Assembly (NCBI GenBank): GCA_032718475.1
Contig: JAUCBJ010007175.1
Coordinates: 60,290-124,289 of the forward strand
Reading direction: 5' to 3'
Source: Nemertoderma westbladi
Taxonomy: Eukaryota; Animalia; Xenacoelomorpha
DNA: 64,000 nucleotides
Below, in pieces: positions 30,301 through 40,532 of this stretch (position 1 is its first letter; the number at the start of each line of letters is the position of its first letter). Made by a program: the position numbers and the translations under genes. Below the pieces are notes generated by a model. It did no database searches. It had not been told where the DNA came from and saw only the letters and a list, made by a program, of their open reading frames with translations.

Positions 30301-31670
30301 TCAGTCAGTTCTATATGTCTCTCCTCGAGCTGATTTTCCTCAGCTTGTTGTTGCAAGCGCTCGTCCAGGAATTCCTGTAAGGAGTAGGTTCGTCCACGTT
30401 CGATGTCCTCCTCTAGATTCTGTATTTCTCTATCGAACTGGGGCAAAGCTAGTTCTTTCACCGCTTGGACTTGTTGTTGCAATTTACGTTTCTCCAAGCA
30501 ATCGTAAGTTCCTTTTCCGATTTTCTGCCGAATAGCGTCCAATGCATTTCGTATCACGCTCTCTTCGACTTCTGTTACAGGTTGTATCGGAGGGAGGCCA
30601 GGACGGTTGTAGGGGTTAAACGGTGATATTAGATGACCGCGTCCTAGTCCAGCGAGGTAAGGTTGGCGAATATCTAACGAACCCACTACCGGAGTGCCAC
30701 CAATCAACTGTTCAGGTAACACTAGATCTTTGAACAGTGAGTATAGCTCGGGAGGATCCGTAATACTATTAGGATCGAGAGTTTGAGGTATCACTTGGGA
30801 ATGAGGAGGTCTGACCGAGTATTCCGGAACTCTGATCATGGGTTTGTTCAATGATCGTTTAAGGCGCGCGACCGTAGGTGATACGTCGAAAAGGTTTCGC
30901 TCGAAACTCCCATAAGTATATCGCGTAAAACTGTGTTTAGCGCAACGTCTCCGCGGATGTTTATGCCTTTCGATCTGCTGGTTAGGTCTAGGGCATTCGT
31001 CACAGTAATACCAAAGACGCACGTCTTGAAGGGGAAACGCGGGTGATCGCTCTCCAGTTTTACAATATTCCTCCATCTGTTCGAAGCTATCTGGAACGAC
31101 AGGGAGTGGTCGATCGGCGGTAAGATACATCATCGTAAAATAGAGCCGTTTGAGTTCCATCATAGGATCTGGATGTATACCTTGAGGATATCGAGTTTCG
31201 AGGTTTTGTTGACTAGCAACATTGAGATAGGTCTCTCTTAGGAATTCTAGATATTCGTTGAAGCTGCTACGTTTATCAGGTTCTTCAACGTCTTCTCTTT
31301 CGAGTTTATTTCGAATAGAGTTCTCGTGTTCTATTCTCGATTTGTCGTTTCGACTCCGCTGGGTATGATATTTAAATAAAACCATTTCCCTTTCGGTGTC
31401 GACATCGTCGGTATCGTGTAAATCAATAGGATGACCAGTAGTCAGGAAGTCCATATACGTACCATTACGATGCGTATAGCGAGCAGTGAATTTTCTATAG
31501 TCCAATTCACGCGTAAGTTGCTCCTGGGACATGGGCGGTTCGATATAACGACCATCGTCCTCCGTAGTAGTTGGATCAGCGTCGCCGCGTATTAAGCTAT
31601 CGACAAACGCTTGTAAAGGTAGAGTATATCTCTCCCTGATACCAAGATCATCTTCTATTAATTCAGTCAT
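27343..31670 (-). CDS. Accessory ORF3 of the inner BEL element: ~1417 aa when reconstructed, with a DEDDy (WRN/Mut-7/RNase D-like) 3'-5' exonuclease-like domain and three zinc knuckles. Disrupted in this copy.
   Basis: ORFs 28566-31670 and 27343-28623 fuse in frame (RIPTG-YSVVEIQ) once 74 bp (LINE tail + TSD) is removed. Motifs VVTYDNEG, LPQPVLEMLFNERILKIGSAVYGD, PFVDTQLIA and PLRPSLAIYTIFE. Knuckles include CHYCQLKGHESYNC. Confidence 0.75.
28502..28566 (-). mobile_element. 65-bp 3'-terminal fragment of the RTE-like LINE with a (TAG)n tail
   Basis: Identical to 45407-45460 (CTAGGATCGGCATGC...CCGGCTTA) plus a CTA-repeat tail. TSD TAACCTGTA at 28493-28501 and 28567-28575. Confidence 0.92.
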
Positions 31671-33315
31671 ATCTGCTATACGAGTTCACCAATATTATAA
31701 TGAGTTTATATATTTATTAGGCGAGCGGGCGTCGCTGCCTACTTCTCCCTTGCCCCCGGACAGTGTGATTCTCAGCGCCGATGTACCGCTGTCGCTGTAC
31801 TTTCGCCAACGACGTAGCCGTACAACGACAACGATAACCGGCACAAGTCACTCCACTGTCCGTCCCAAAGGCTTAGATGTACTTCAGGTTTCCTTGGAGA
31901 GTTAGGTTACTTTCACGATTGCGACTAGCTACTGTAAACACACTTTAGCAGTAACATTCACCTATAAACTCACAAATACCACACAACTGGTCACAACTAC
32001 GCACATTCGGGCCATTTGTCCGTTAGTCAATGCCTTCCAGAATGTCACTGTATTATTATGTATCCTTGGATACTAGCAGTGCGCTATTTATTCCCTATGC
32101 TATTCAATGGGACAAGCTTTCTATTGTTCTTTTAACTCAATTCTAATTCTAGCGTGGTTGTTGCTATGGTGACATTATGCAAAGCTAGCGGTAGAATTAG
32201 GGTAATTCCAATGCATACAGATCTGGGATGTTATTTAATAGTAATTCTTTAATGGTCAATGTCCTGTTTTATATATGGCTTTATGAATTTTATCGGCTAT
32301 TGACTATGTTTGGGAGACTTTCGCACATTCATACGCATAATAAGATAATCTCCGCTCCCTTGATCTATTAATTAATGGAATTTTGGGAATGTTATAAATT
32401 GCGCAAAATGGCAATTTATTAAATTCATTAAAAGGCATGAATTTAAATTTATTCCCTGAAATTTTATTATTTGATAATTAAATTGACATGTTTTGATTCT
32501 AGAACATGTCTGGGGACACAAGATCCTTAATTCTATGAAAATTGTCTTTTTAAGAATATCGGTAAATGCTACGATGTCTTAATTGACTAGAATTGTTGAA
32601 GGATCTGAATTTTACAGATTTTGATTTATTAGATTTGCAAATATTAAATAATTAATATTTGAGATGGGCACCGATTTATTCCAGAACTTGTCTGGGGACG
32701 TTAACCACTGATTCTAGAATTTGTCTTTCAAGTATATCGGTGGGTGCCGCGATATCTTAATCGACTAGAATTACAGATGGTCAAAAGGTTTAACAGATTT
32801 ATTTGCGTTTCACGCTACTGTTAGAAGGACATCACGCTACTATATGTATTATTTAATATACGGTATGAGAGCAATATCGCACGAAGCAATGTCAGTGTGA
32901 AGAGGCAAGTCGTTTCCAAGGTCTACCCAGAGCTTGGTTTAGCCGAGACACGAGGATCTGAACTTTGCATTCCTAATACTCTGCCTACCAATAATACTTG
33001 AATATAGTAGTGGCTTTATTGTACTTTAATAAGTACGGACATTTCATCTTACTGTAGTTACGTATTTATAATATAATACGGACAGTAAGGAAAGAGAAAA
33101 ACACTTGTTTCTCACCGTCGCACTAAATATAATATAAGTAATTACGTACGCAATAAACACGAACATATTGCACTATTCTACTAAATAATCGCTAAATAAT
33201 ATTCTACTAAATTAAATAAAACGATTATAATAAAATTACATAGTAATACATACATAAATATAAAAATAATAAAATAATATAAAATAATAGAGTCACACGC
33301 CCACTCCGAACGATA

Positions 33316-36300
33316 TTAAGTTGGGGAGTCCCTAGATGTGGGTTGGATTAGGGAAGTGGTCGTGGGAAGAGTTTCTTGCCTTCCATAGTTTCCGGAGAGC
33401 TCTCTGTCTCTTTCCAGTAAACATAAACGACCCACTGGGCGATTGAGCTGTTGAGTCTCAAAGACTATCCCTGGTTTCTTAAAGTTACGCCGCATGACGA
33501 CGAGTTCTACTGATCGCACCAAACCATCGCTCGAGATATGAGTCTCGATGATACGTCCTGTTTGCCATCGCTTACGTGGGAGATCGGGGTCCACAATAAG
33601 CACCATGTCTCCAGCGCTGACGTTTTCCTGCTGCGCAAACCACTTAGTTCGAAGTTGTAGAGTGGGCAGGTAATGTTTCTCGAAATGGTCAGCGAAACGA
33701 CGGGATAGCAACTGCATAAGTTGCCAGGTTCGACGGCAGTACTCGTCTCCGTCTGTGATCTCCGATCGTGGGAGCATGGCTACGGGTTTCTTCAGTAGAA
33801 AGTGCGCGGGTGTTAGCGCTTCCAGGGAATCAGGACTTGAAGAGACTGGCATAAGCGGTCTTTCGTTGAGGTAGGCGGCGATTTCCTCCATTAACGTCCG
33901 CAATAGTTCGTCGGTGAGATAAGCGCGACAAGGCACAATAAAGTGGAACGCAGTCTTCACGCTCCTAATCAATCTCTCCCAACTTCCTCCCCACCAAGGG
34001 GCGTCGGCGGCGTTGAAGGTCCAGCTAGACGCTGTTATCCTTAGCTGATCGTCCACCTGTCTTTTGTTCCAGTCCTTTACGTAAGCTTGAATTTCGTTGT
34101 TGGCGCCAATGAAGTTCGTTCCCTTATCCGATCTCATCGTGTTACTGGTTCCGAAGCGAGCGATCTGTCGTCGTAAACTCAACACGAAGCTGTTGGTGGA
34201 TAGATCGTTTACCATATCGAGATGGATAGCTCTACAAGTCATACAAACGAAGATGACACACCATCTCTTGACTATAGTCCGGGCACGATATACTTCAATA
34301 GGGCCAAATAAATCCACACCGGTATTAGTAAAGGGTGGTTCATAGAAGCTTACTCTTTCCCTAGGTAATTCTGCCTCTCGCTGTGTCAAAGGCCTACTGA
34401 ATGCTTTCCTACAGGGTATGCAGTTCCTAAGGACTTGGTTCAGAGCCCTACGGGGTTTATAAAAATAGTAGCGAGTTCGAATTTCGCTCAGAACTCGTTC
34501 TCTTCCAGCATGGTACAGTTTGCTATGAACATCTACAATCATCTTGATTTGTATGTCAAGATTTCTAATGAGTATGGGAAATTTAGTGTCAAAGGATAAT
34601 GGGGCGTTGGTGAGCCTGCCTCCAACACGTATTAACCCATCTATCATGGTACTAGAGAAGCGATCCCTTAAGCGCATCTGCGGATTTCTTAACAACAGGA
34701 AATACTTATCGGGATCCTCATAGCATTGTAGGAGTCTCAGCATCTGTTTGTTGGTTTCATCATGCTCCTGGTAACTGATCTTCTCCTTTAGAAACCTGTC
34801 GGATACCTTGTATTGGGGAAGATCTTTAACAACATGGACTCGTGCAGATGTTGATGGAGCATCATCACTATGGGTCTTTGTCCCGGAGTAACGATGATGA
34901 AAACATCGTTTTAAATAGGTGACGGCTTTACAGAGCCGATTCCAGGAGCTGTAGTGACGTATCGCTCTCTGCAAGAGGGGTGAGAGTCCTTGCGCGATAT
35001 CTGGTATTCCAGATTTCCAATCCTTGTCACGGATTTCCAAGACTTCTTTAGTCGTGGCGGTGGGTTTCGGATCCAAAGCATCCTCTCCGGAAGTAAATAA
35101 TACAGATAGATCAACCGCAGGTTTAAACAACTTCGATTTACTCGCTCGAGTTTTGGGTTTAACTTTCTCCGCTCCCTTGGCCTGTCTGATCTCTGCTGTT
35201 GTGAGATGGGGAGGCCATTCTTCTTCTTCTTTGTAGAGAAAGTCGGGTCCACCTAACCATTCGGGAGTATTTACCAATTCCTTTGGAGTCGCTCCTCGGG
35301 AAGCGATGTCTGCTGGATTAATCGTTCCGGGGCAATGTCTCCATTGGTCCATCGTCGTGCGACTAAGTATGATGGCTACCCTGTTGGTAACGAAGACGCT
35401 GAACTGACAGACTTCATTGGTTATATACTCTAACACGAGTAAAGCGTCGGTCCAATAGACAGTTTTCTCTAATGGATAGTCAATCTGTTCGGTTACATTC
35501 CGGCCGATGGCTGTAGCGTATAGAGCCGCTTTTAACTCCGCTCGAGGAACTTTCAACTTGTTGTTGATTAATGCCTTAGAAGTAACCAAGGCGACTTTGA
35601 TTCCATCCGGAGTTTCCACTCTTAGATAGGCTACTATACCTATTCCCATATCGCTGGCGTCTCCAAACACATGGAGTTGATAGGAATACGTAGGGAGAAC
35701 ATGACCAAAATATGAACGGGAAATTATAAAATCCTCGATAGCCGGCAGAGAATCTTCCCATTTCATCCACTTCTTCAATAATTCTCCCTTAAGTGGATCG
35801 TCCCATGAGTGGTTTTCAAGCCACATTTGTTGTACCAAACTACGAGCAATCAAGATAACTGGGCTAATAAATCCCAATGGATCGAAATAAGTGCTCAGTA
35901 TACTTAAGCAAATCCGTTTGGTTCGAACTGGATTATCTCGCTGTTTTAGCTGGAAAAACAGGATATCTCGCTCTGTGTCCCATTTCAAGCCGAGTGTCTT
36001 GGTTTCTGGCAGATCATCTTTGATCAAATCTAGATCTTTCGCCCCTCGATCTTCCGCAGGGATCGACTCCAGAAACTCACGGGAGTTGCTGGTGAATTTC
36101 GTTAATCGAAACCCACCTCTTTTTAAGCACTCTACCGTTCCTTTAGCGACCTCAATGGCTTCCTCAACTGATGGAAGGGACTTCAGATTGTCGTCCATGT
36201 ATATGTCTCGCTTGATGTTGTCGATCACTTCCTTAGAGAAGGCCTCTCGGTTGTCCTCTGCAGTGGTACGCACTACCGAACAGGCGTTGGAAGGGCTTGA

Positions 36301-36900
36301 GATTATCCCAAAGGCCTGGATGGTCATCCAGTACTCCACCGGTTTCTGGTTGAGGTCTCCTTCGGGCCACCACAGAAATCGTAGACTATCTCGATCCCTA
36401 TCTAACACCTTGACTTGTAAGAACATGCCTTCTATATCGGAGGCGAAAGCAATCGAATATTGTCTCAATCTTAAAAGAATTCCCAACAAAGATTGAAGCA
36501 AGTTGGGTCCGGGTAACAATTCAGAGTTAAGGGATTGACCCATGTAAAGAGCGGAGCCATCAAACACTACTCTCACTTCATGTGGCTTACCGGGTTTAGG
36601 AACGTAATGGTGAGTTAAGTAATACGTTCTTTCAGTCACAGGTGTTTCTTCCGGTACTCTCTCCGCGTATCCCTTACTAATAAATTTCTCCAGCTGTGTT
36701 TGATACATTGCTTTAGCTGAAGAATTAGCCGTAAGGCGTCGATGGAGTTGCGCGATTCTTTTTTCCGCCAAGGGTCTGTTATTGATGAACTTCGGTTCTC
36801 TCTTGCGGAAAGGTAGACCGACTTCATACCTACCTTGATCTTTGAGGAAACGTGTAGTTGTCTCTTGGATCTGCTTGGCCCTTTCCTCTTCCACTGACAA
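33316..36900 (-). CDS. pol: BEL/Pao Pol: reverse transcriptase, RNase H, integrase
   Basis: RVVFDGS, GPNLL, YMDD, LGLKWD, LHVFGDAS, NPADIASRG, HHCC (HSKLYH...CIPC), and integrase DDE (GVDLFGP / SDKGTNF / WERLIRSVK). Confidence 0.97.
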   Translation of the reverse strand: MSVEEERAKQIQETTTRFLKDQGRYEVGLPFRKREPKFINNRPLAEKRIAQLHRRLTANSSAKAMYQTQLEKFISKGYAERVPEETPVTERTYYLTHHYVPKPGKPHEVRVVFDGSALYMGQSLNSELLPGPNLLQSLLGILLRLRQYSIAFASDIEGMFLQVKVLDRDRDSLRFLWWPEGDLNQKPVEYWMTIQAFGIISSPSNACSVVRTTAEDNREAFSKEVIDNIKRDIYMDDNLKSLPSVEEAIEVAKGTVECLKRGGFRLTKFTSNSREFLESIPAEDRGAKDLDLIKDDLPETKTLGLKWDTERDILFFQLKQRDNPVRTKRICLSILSTYFDPLGFISPVILIARSLVQQMWLENHSWDDPLKGELLKKWMKWEDSLPAIEDFIISRSYFGHVLPTYSYQLHVFGDASDMGIGIVAYLRVETPDGIKVALVTSKALINNKLKVPRAELKAALYATAIGRNVTEQIDYPLEKTVYWTDALLVLEYITNEVCQFSVFVTNRVAIILSRTTMDQWRHCPGTINPADIASRGATPKELVNTPEWLGGPDFLYKEEEEWPPHLTTAEIRQAKGAEKVKPKTRASKSKLFKPAVDLSVLFTSGEDALDPKPTATTKEVLEIRDKDWKSGIPDIAQGLSPLLQRAIRHYSSWNRLCKAVTYLKRCFHHRYSGTKTHSDDAPSTSARVHVVKDLPQYKVSDRFLKEKISYQEHDETNKQMLRLLQCYEDPDKYFLLLRNPQMRLRDRFSSTMIDGLIRVGGRLTNAPLSFDTKFPILIRNLDIQIKMIVDVHSKLYHAGRERVLSEIRTRYYFYKPRRALNQVLRNCIPCRKAFSRPLTQREAELPRERVSFYEPPFTNTGVDLFGPIEVYRARTIVKRWCVIFVCMTCRAIHLDMVNDLSTNSFVLSLRRQIARFGTSNTMRSDKGTNFIGANNEIQAYVKDWNKRQVDDQLRITASSWTFNAADAPWWGGSWERLIRSVKTAFHFIVPCRAYLTDELLRTLMEEIAAYLNERPLMPVSSSPDSLEALTPAHFLLKKPVAMLPRSEITDGDEYCRRTWQLMQLLSRRFADHFEKHYLPTLQLRTKWFAQQENVSAGDMVLIVDPDLPRKRWQTGRIIETHISSDGLVRSVELVVMRRNFKKPGIVFETQQLNRPVGRLCLLERDRELSGNYGRQETLPTTTSLIQPTSRDSPT

Positions 36901-36923
36901 GGCTTTATCGTAGGAATTGGGCT

Positions 36924-39299
36924 CTACCGCCTCTTGCGTAAAGAATCGTACGGCGCATCTCGAGTCTTGGCATTACAACGCTCAATGACGTCATTTAACT
37001 CGTCGTTATAAGCTTCTCGTTCAGTTGGATAAAGAAGTTGACATAAGTTCACTTGGTTTTGCCAAGCCTCGTTTTCCTTAAGGAGGTCGATGGTATTCTC
37101 CTCATCAAAAAGCTGGTGCACGTCGTCGTTATCTGAGGAGTATGGGGTTCCCTCAGTTAAATCGTCTCCCTCACTAGTATCATCTTCCCATTCACTCACC
37201 TGGTAGACGCGCTCTTGCTCTTGCTGGGAAGGGCCAGTAAAGTACCAACCTACTCTAGTTCTTACCGCATAGGTCTGTAGTGGCTGCGGTTGAGCAGGCC
37301 GTTTCTCCAATGTCTCCAGCGCCTCATGCGCGTTTTGGCCGAGGAGTATTTGCACTCCAGGATAATCAGTCTGGAATCGAGGTATCTTAAGATGTTGGAT
37401 GCTCTCATCCTCGTCCCAATTATAAAGGTCTGCTTGAGTAGTAGCGAAGTTCTTTATAGCCACCAATTTCACTGACCTTATGCTATGTTCTCCTAGTTCG
37501 TCTTGTGGGGTGGACAACGCGCCTACATAATAATCAGCTGTTACTGTAGATTTCCAAACTTGTATAATGCCTGACATATTTAGCTTGGTTCGGAACTTAG
37601 GTTGTCCAGCGAAGATGTCTTCGGCTAGTTCTTTATCAATGAATGTTCCTGTGCTGCCGGAGTCCAGGAGGGCGTTCACTATATAGCTTTTCTGAGGTCC
37701 ATGGACCCGTAACTGGACTACAGGAAATTCTCGGATTCCTACATTGGAAGTTGGTGCTTTCCACGATGGTTGTCGCTCAGAAGTAGTTAGAGTGAAGTCG
37801 CTGTCTGTATCTTTTTCATATGTGAGTGCTCGATACACTGCGGTATTTATCATGTAACAGGATTCGTTTTCGTCGGAGAACTCGTCCGTATAGAATCCTT
37901 CCATCTCAGATTGATCAGTGTCGTTCACATCACTGAATTGGACATGTAGTTCGGAATCACTTACCTGATTAGGACTATTTCGATCGAATTCAGCGTGCAA
38001 CAAGATATGATGTTTCGCACCACACTTTGCACACCTTATGTCTGAGTAACAGGTTCGCCGTTGATGTCCTTGTCTGAGGCAATTATAACACAACCGCTTG
38101 TCCCACATGACTTCACGTCTCTCAGTTAATGATTTCTTTAGAAGTTCATCACACATATTCAAGCGATGGGTCCCATCACATAGCGCACATTTTGGTTTGA
38201 TGTTACTCGCCTTAATCTGAGTCACATTGTGCACACTCACCTTTTCTTCGGGCTTTCTCACCTGAATTCTCTTGGGAGACGTAGGAGGAGTTTTTCTTAC
38301 CTGTTCTCTCCTGTCATTTGTTCGAGACTTGAATTTACTTACCTGATCTTTAGGCATTTTATTTACGTAATAAGATCTCTCAGTGTCCTTCCCGCTATCT
38401 TCTCCTTGAGAAGTCTGGTTTTCGCCGTCGTCTGTATAACACACTGGTGTTACCTTTCTCCTAGAGACGGGTTTTTCACTTACCTTGTTTTCCGGTGTCT
38501 TCTCTCTGGACAGTTTCAGGAGCTGTAATTTCACTTCTCCATCTAGGAATGACATGAGATCAGCCATGGTAGGGTCTCGTCGTTGTTGTTCCATCATATA
38601 TAACACTTTCTTATCCCAGCGTGTACCTACTCCACCCTTCGGTAAAGTAGAAGCCACTGCTCTAATAACCATAGTGTTCTGATACTCATGAGACTTACCT
38701 AGCCAATCTAATTGTCTGCAGATCTCCTGGATCTCATCGGAAAACTCGATAATCCCGCTGCTAATAAACTTTCGGGGCGCTACCAACTTTGCATACAAAT
38801 ACCCAGCGATGTTATTCCTATTACCATACCTGATGTTTAGTGTATCCCAAACTTGTCTTAATCCGTCTGGATGTCCAATAAACTTTAACGCCATTAACTT
38901 GGGAGATCCTTCCAAGCACTCGATGAGGTATCTAAGTTTTTCTCCATTAGATAGTACAGAGTTCTGTATATTATCTTTGTAATATTCATTAAAGGGTAAC
39001 CATTTCATCTCATCTCCATTGAACTTGACGATCTCTCCCACCTTTACCGCTTGCCGGGCTTCGGTTCTAGCCATTTGACGCGTAAAACTTTCTTTGGCCA
39101 TCGTATTATTTAATATCGAGTTATCGGTATATAAATTTCTTAGATTATGATCAGTTCTATAGGGAATGTCATTATCAACAGGTCTATAATTACCCTTAAT
39201 AGGGTTCACTATAGGAGTTTCTACTTCGCTAGCAGTATATATGCGTGTAGGCTCCACACCTTGCGCATGAGATACTTCAGACCTAACAGGTTGACACAT
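36924..39299 (-). CDS. gag: BEL/Pao Gag plus aspartic protease
   Basis: KFNGD..W..F capsid-type motif and EKLRYL. Three knuckles (CALCDGTHRLNMC, CYNCLRQGHQRRTC, CAKCGAKHHILLH). Protease motif ALLDSGS. Pol follows in the -1 frame. Confidence 0.93.
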   Translation of the reverse strand: MCQPVRSEVSHAQGVEPTRIYTASEVETPIVNPIKGNYRPVDNDIPYRTDHNLRNLYTDNSILNNTMAKESFTRQMARTEARQAVKVGEIVKFNGDEMKWLPFNEYYKDNIQNSVLSNGEKLRYLIECLEGSPKLMALKFIGHPDGLRQVWDTLNIRYGNRNNIAGYLYAKLVAPRKFISSGIIEFSDEIQEICRQLDWLGKSHEYQNTMVIRAVASTLPKGGVGTRWDKKVLYMMEQQRRDPTMADLMSFLDGEVKLQLLKLSREKTPENKVSEKPVSRRKVTPVCYTDDGENQTSQGEDSGKDTERSYYVNKMPKDQVSKFKSRTNDRREQVRKTPPTSPKRIQVRKPEEKVSVHNVTQIKASNIKPKCALCDGTHRLNMCDELLKKSLTERREVMWDKRLCYNCLRQGHQRRTCYSDIRCAKCGAKHHILLHAEFDRNSPNQVSDSELHVQFSDVNDTDQSEMEGFYTDEFSDENESCYMINTAVYRALTYEKDTDSDFTLTTSERQPSWKAPTSNVGIREFPVVQLRVHGPQKSYIVNALLDSGSTGTFIDKELAEDIFAGQPKFRTKLNMSGIIQVWKSTVTADYYVGALSTPQDELGEHSIRSVKLVAIKNFATTQADLYNWDEDESIQHLKIPRFQTDYPGVQILLGQNAHEALETLEKRPAQPQPLQTYAVRTRVGWYFTGPSQQEQERVYQVSEWEDDTSEGDDLTEGTPYSSDNDDVHQLFDEENTIDLLKENEAWQNQVNLCQLLYPTEREAYNDELNDVIERCNAKTRDAPYDSLRKRR

Positions 39300-40532
39300 T
39301 GTTACCGAGGGTGGTGGTATACCCCTTTGAGTATTTACTAATTTCGCTTACGTCCTTCTGGGCTCCTCCCCGAGGCGCACCCACGAGGCGGACGCTTTTC
39401 CACTTCCCTTGGGGCCAGTCCGACTCCGTTTTTATCAGACCGGGCCGGAGGGTAGCCCGATGCTTCCTGGGTTCAATTTTCAATCCCCCGATCACACCGG
39501 CACAGCTCGTCGTGTGTAGCCGAACGGCGACTCAAAGTTCGCCTACTGTCAACTTACTGTGGCCTGACTGTACATTGAGCCAACTCAGAGAGTCAACCGG
39601 CGGGTGGACCAGTCGATAGCGATCGAGCATCAAGGTCGCCCTTGAGCCAAACCGACGGTCTTGTCCCATGTGGGCTTGCGCTACCCAACATGGAAGGAAT
39701 ATTGACCGTTTTCACCCGCCTCGCCGGCAGTATTGAGGGGAAGTCGGTTCCGCCAACAATACTGACTAGCTTAAAAGCTAAGAACAAGTCACCACTTACC
39801 AGTCACTGTACACGTGTACTCAATAGATGCTCACGAAATCAAGTACACAATGGTAAACACAAAATTGGACACATACCATGCACACACAGAAGACATAATC
39901 GGGAAAGACAAAATCGGTGACAAAATCAGAGGGGACAAAATTGTATCGACTAATAAAAGAGCCGAGAGTACCTTATTTTGCCGTCAGGGCAAAATAACTT
40001 TGTGTGCACAAAGTATGCTGGGGCGCAGTAAAGATATGGTCCTACTAATAACCGGCGGCGACTGAACCAACCGGCAAGGTTTCCCACACTCACTCGCAGT
40101 GGCCATACACGCACTCACGTATACCACGTACACACACAAACCACAGATTCCAGAGTATCATTCACTCGGACCACACTACAACACTAACCCCTCCTTGCAG
40201 CCGATATTCCGGGTGCCACCTCCATTCCAATAGTAGTACCAACAGAATCATCAGAAACCTGTCCATTCCGATGCAACACCTCCATTCCAATAGTGCTACC
40301 CTGGGAAAAGACACGTTTTGGCAACCGATCGGAGACAGTAAAGAGTCTGGTCAACTCATACATACCAAACATAGACCTACCACATAGACCACATAAACCA
40401 CAGATCACACTAAGCCACCACCCCTACCGTGTACAGGACTGGCAGTACGGCAACAGGCCGACTAGACGGTACCACGGCACCATGTTAATTCATGGTTCGC
40501 GAGACACGAGGGCCTTCAGTAACTCCCCTGCA

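Noticed and set aside
27343-31670. ORF3 as an envelope gene
   Set aside because: No signal peptide, fusion-protein cysteine pattern or transmembrane anchor. It has nuclease-like and zinc-knuckle motifs instead.
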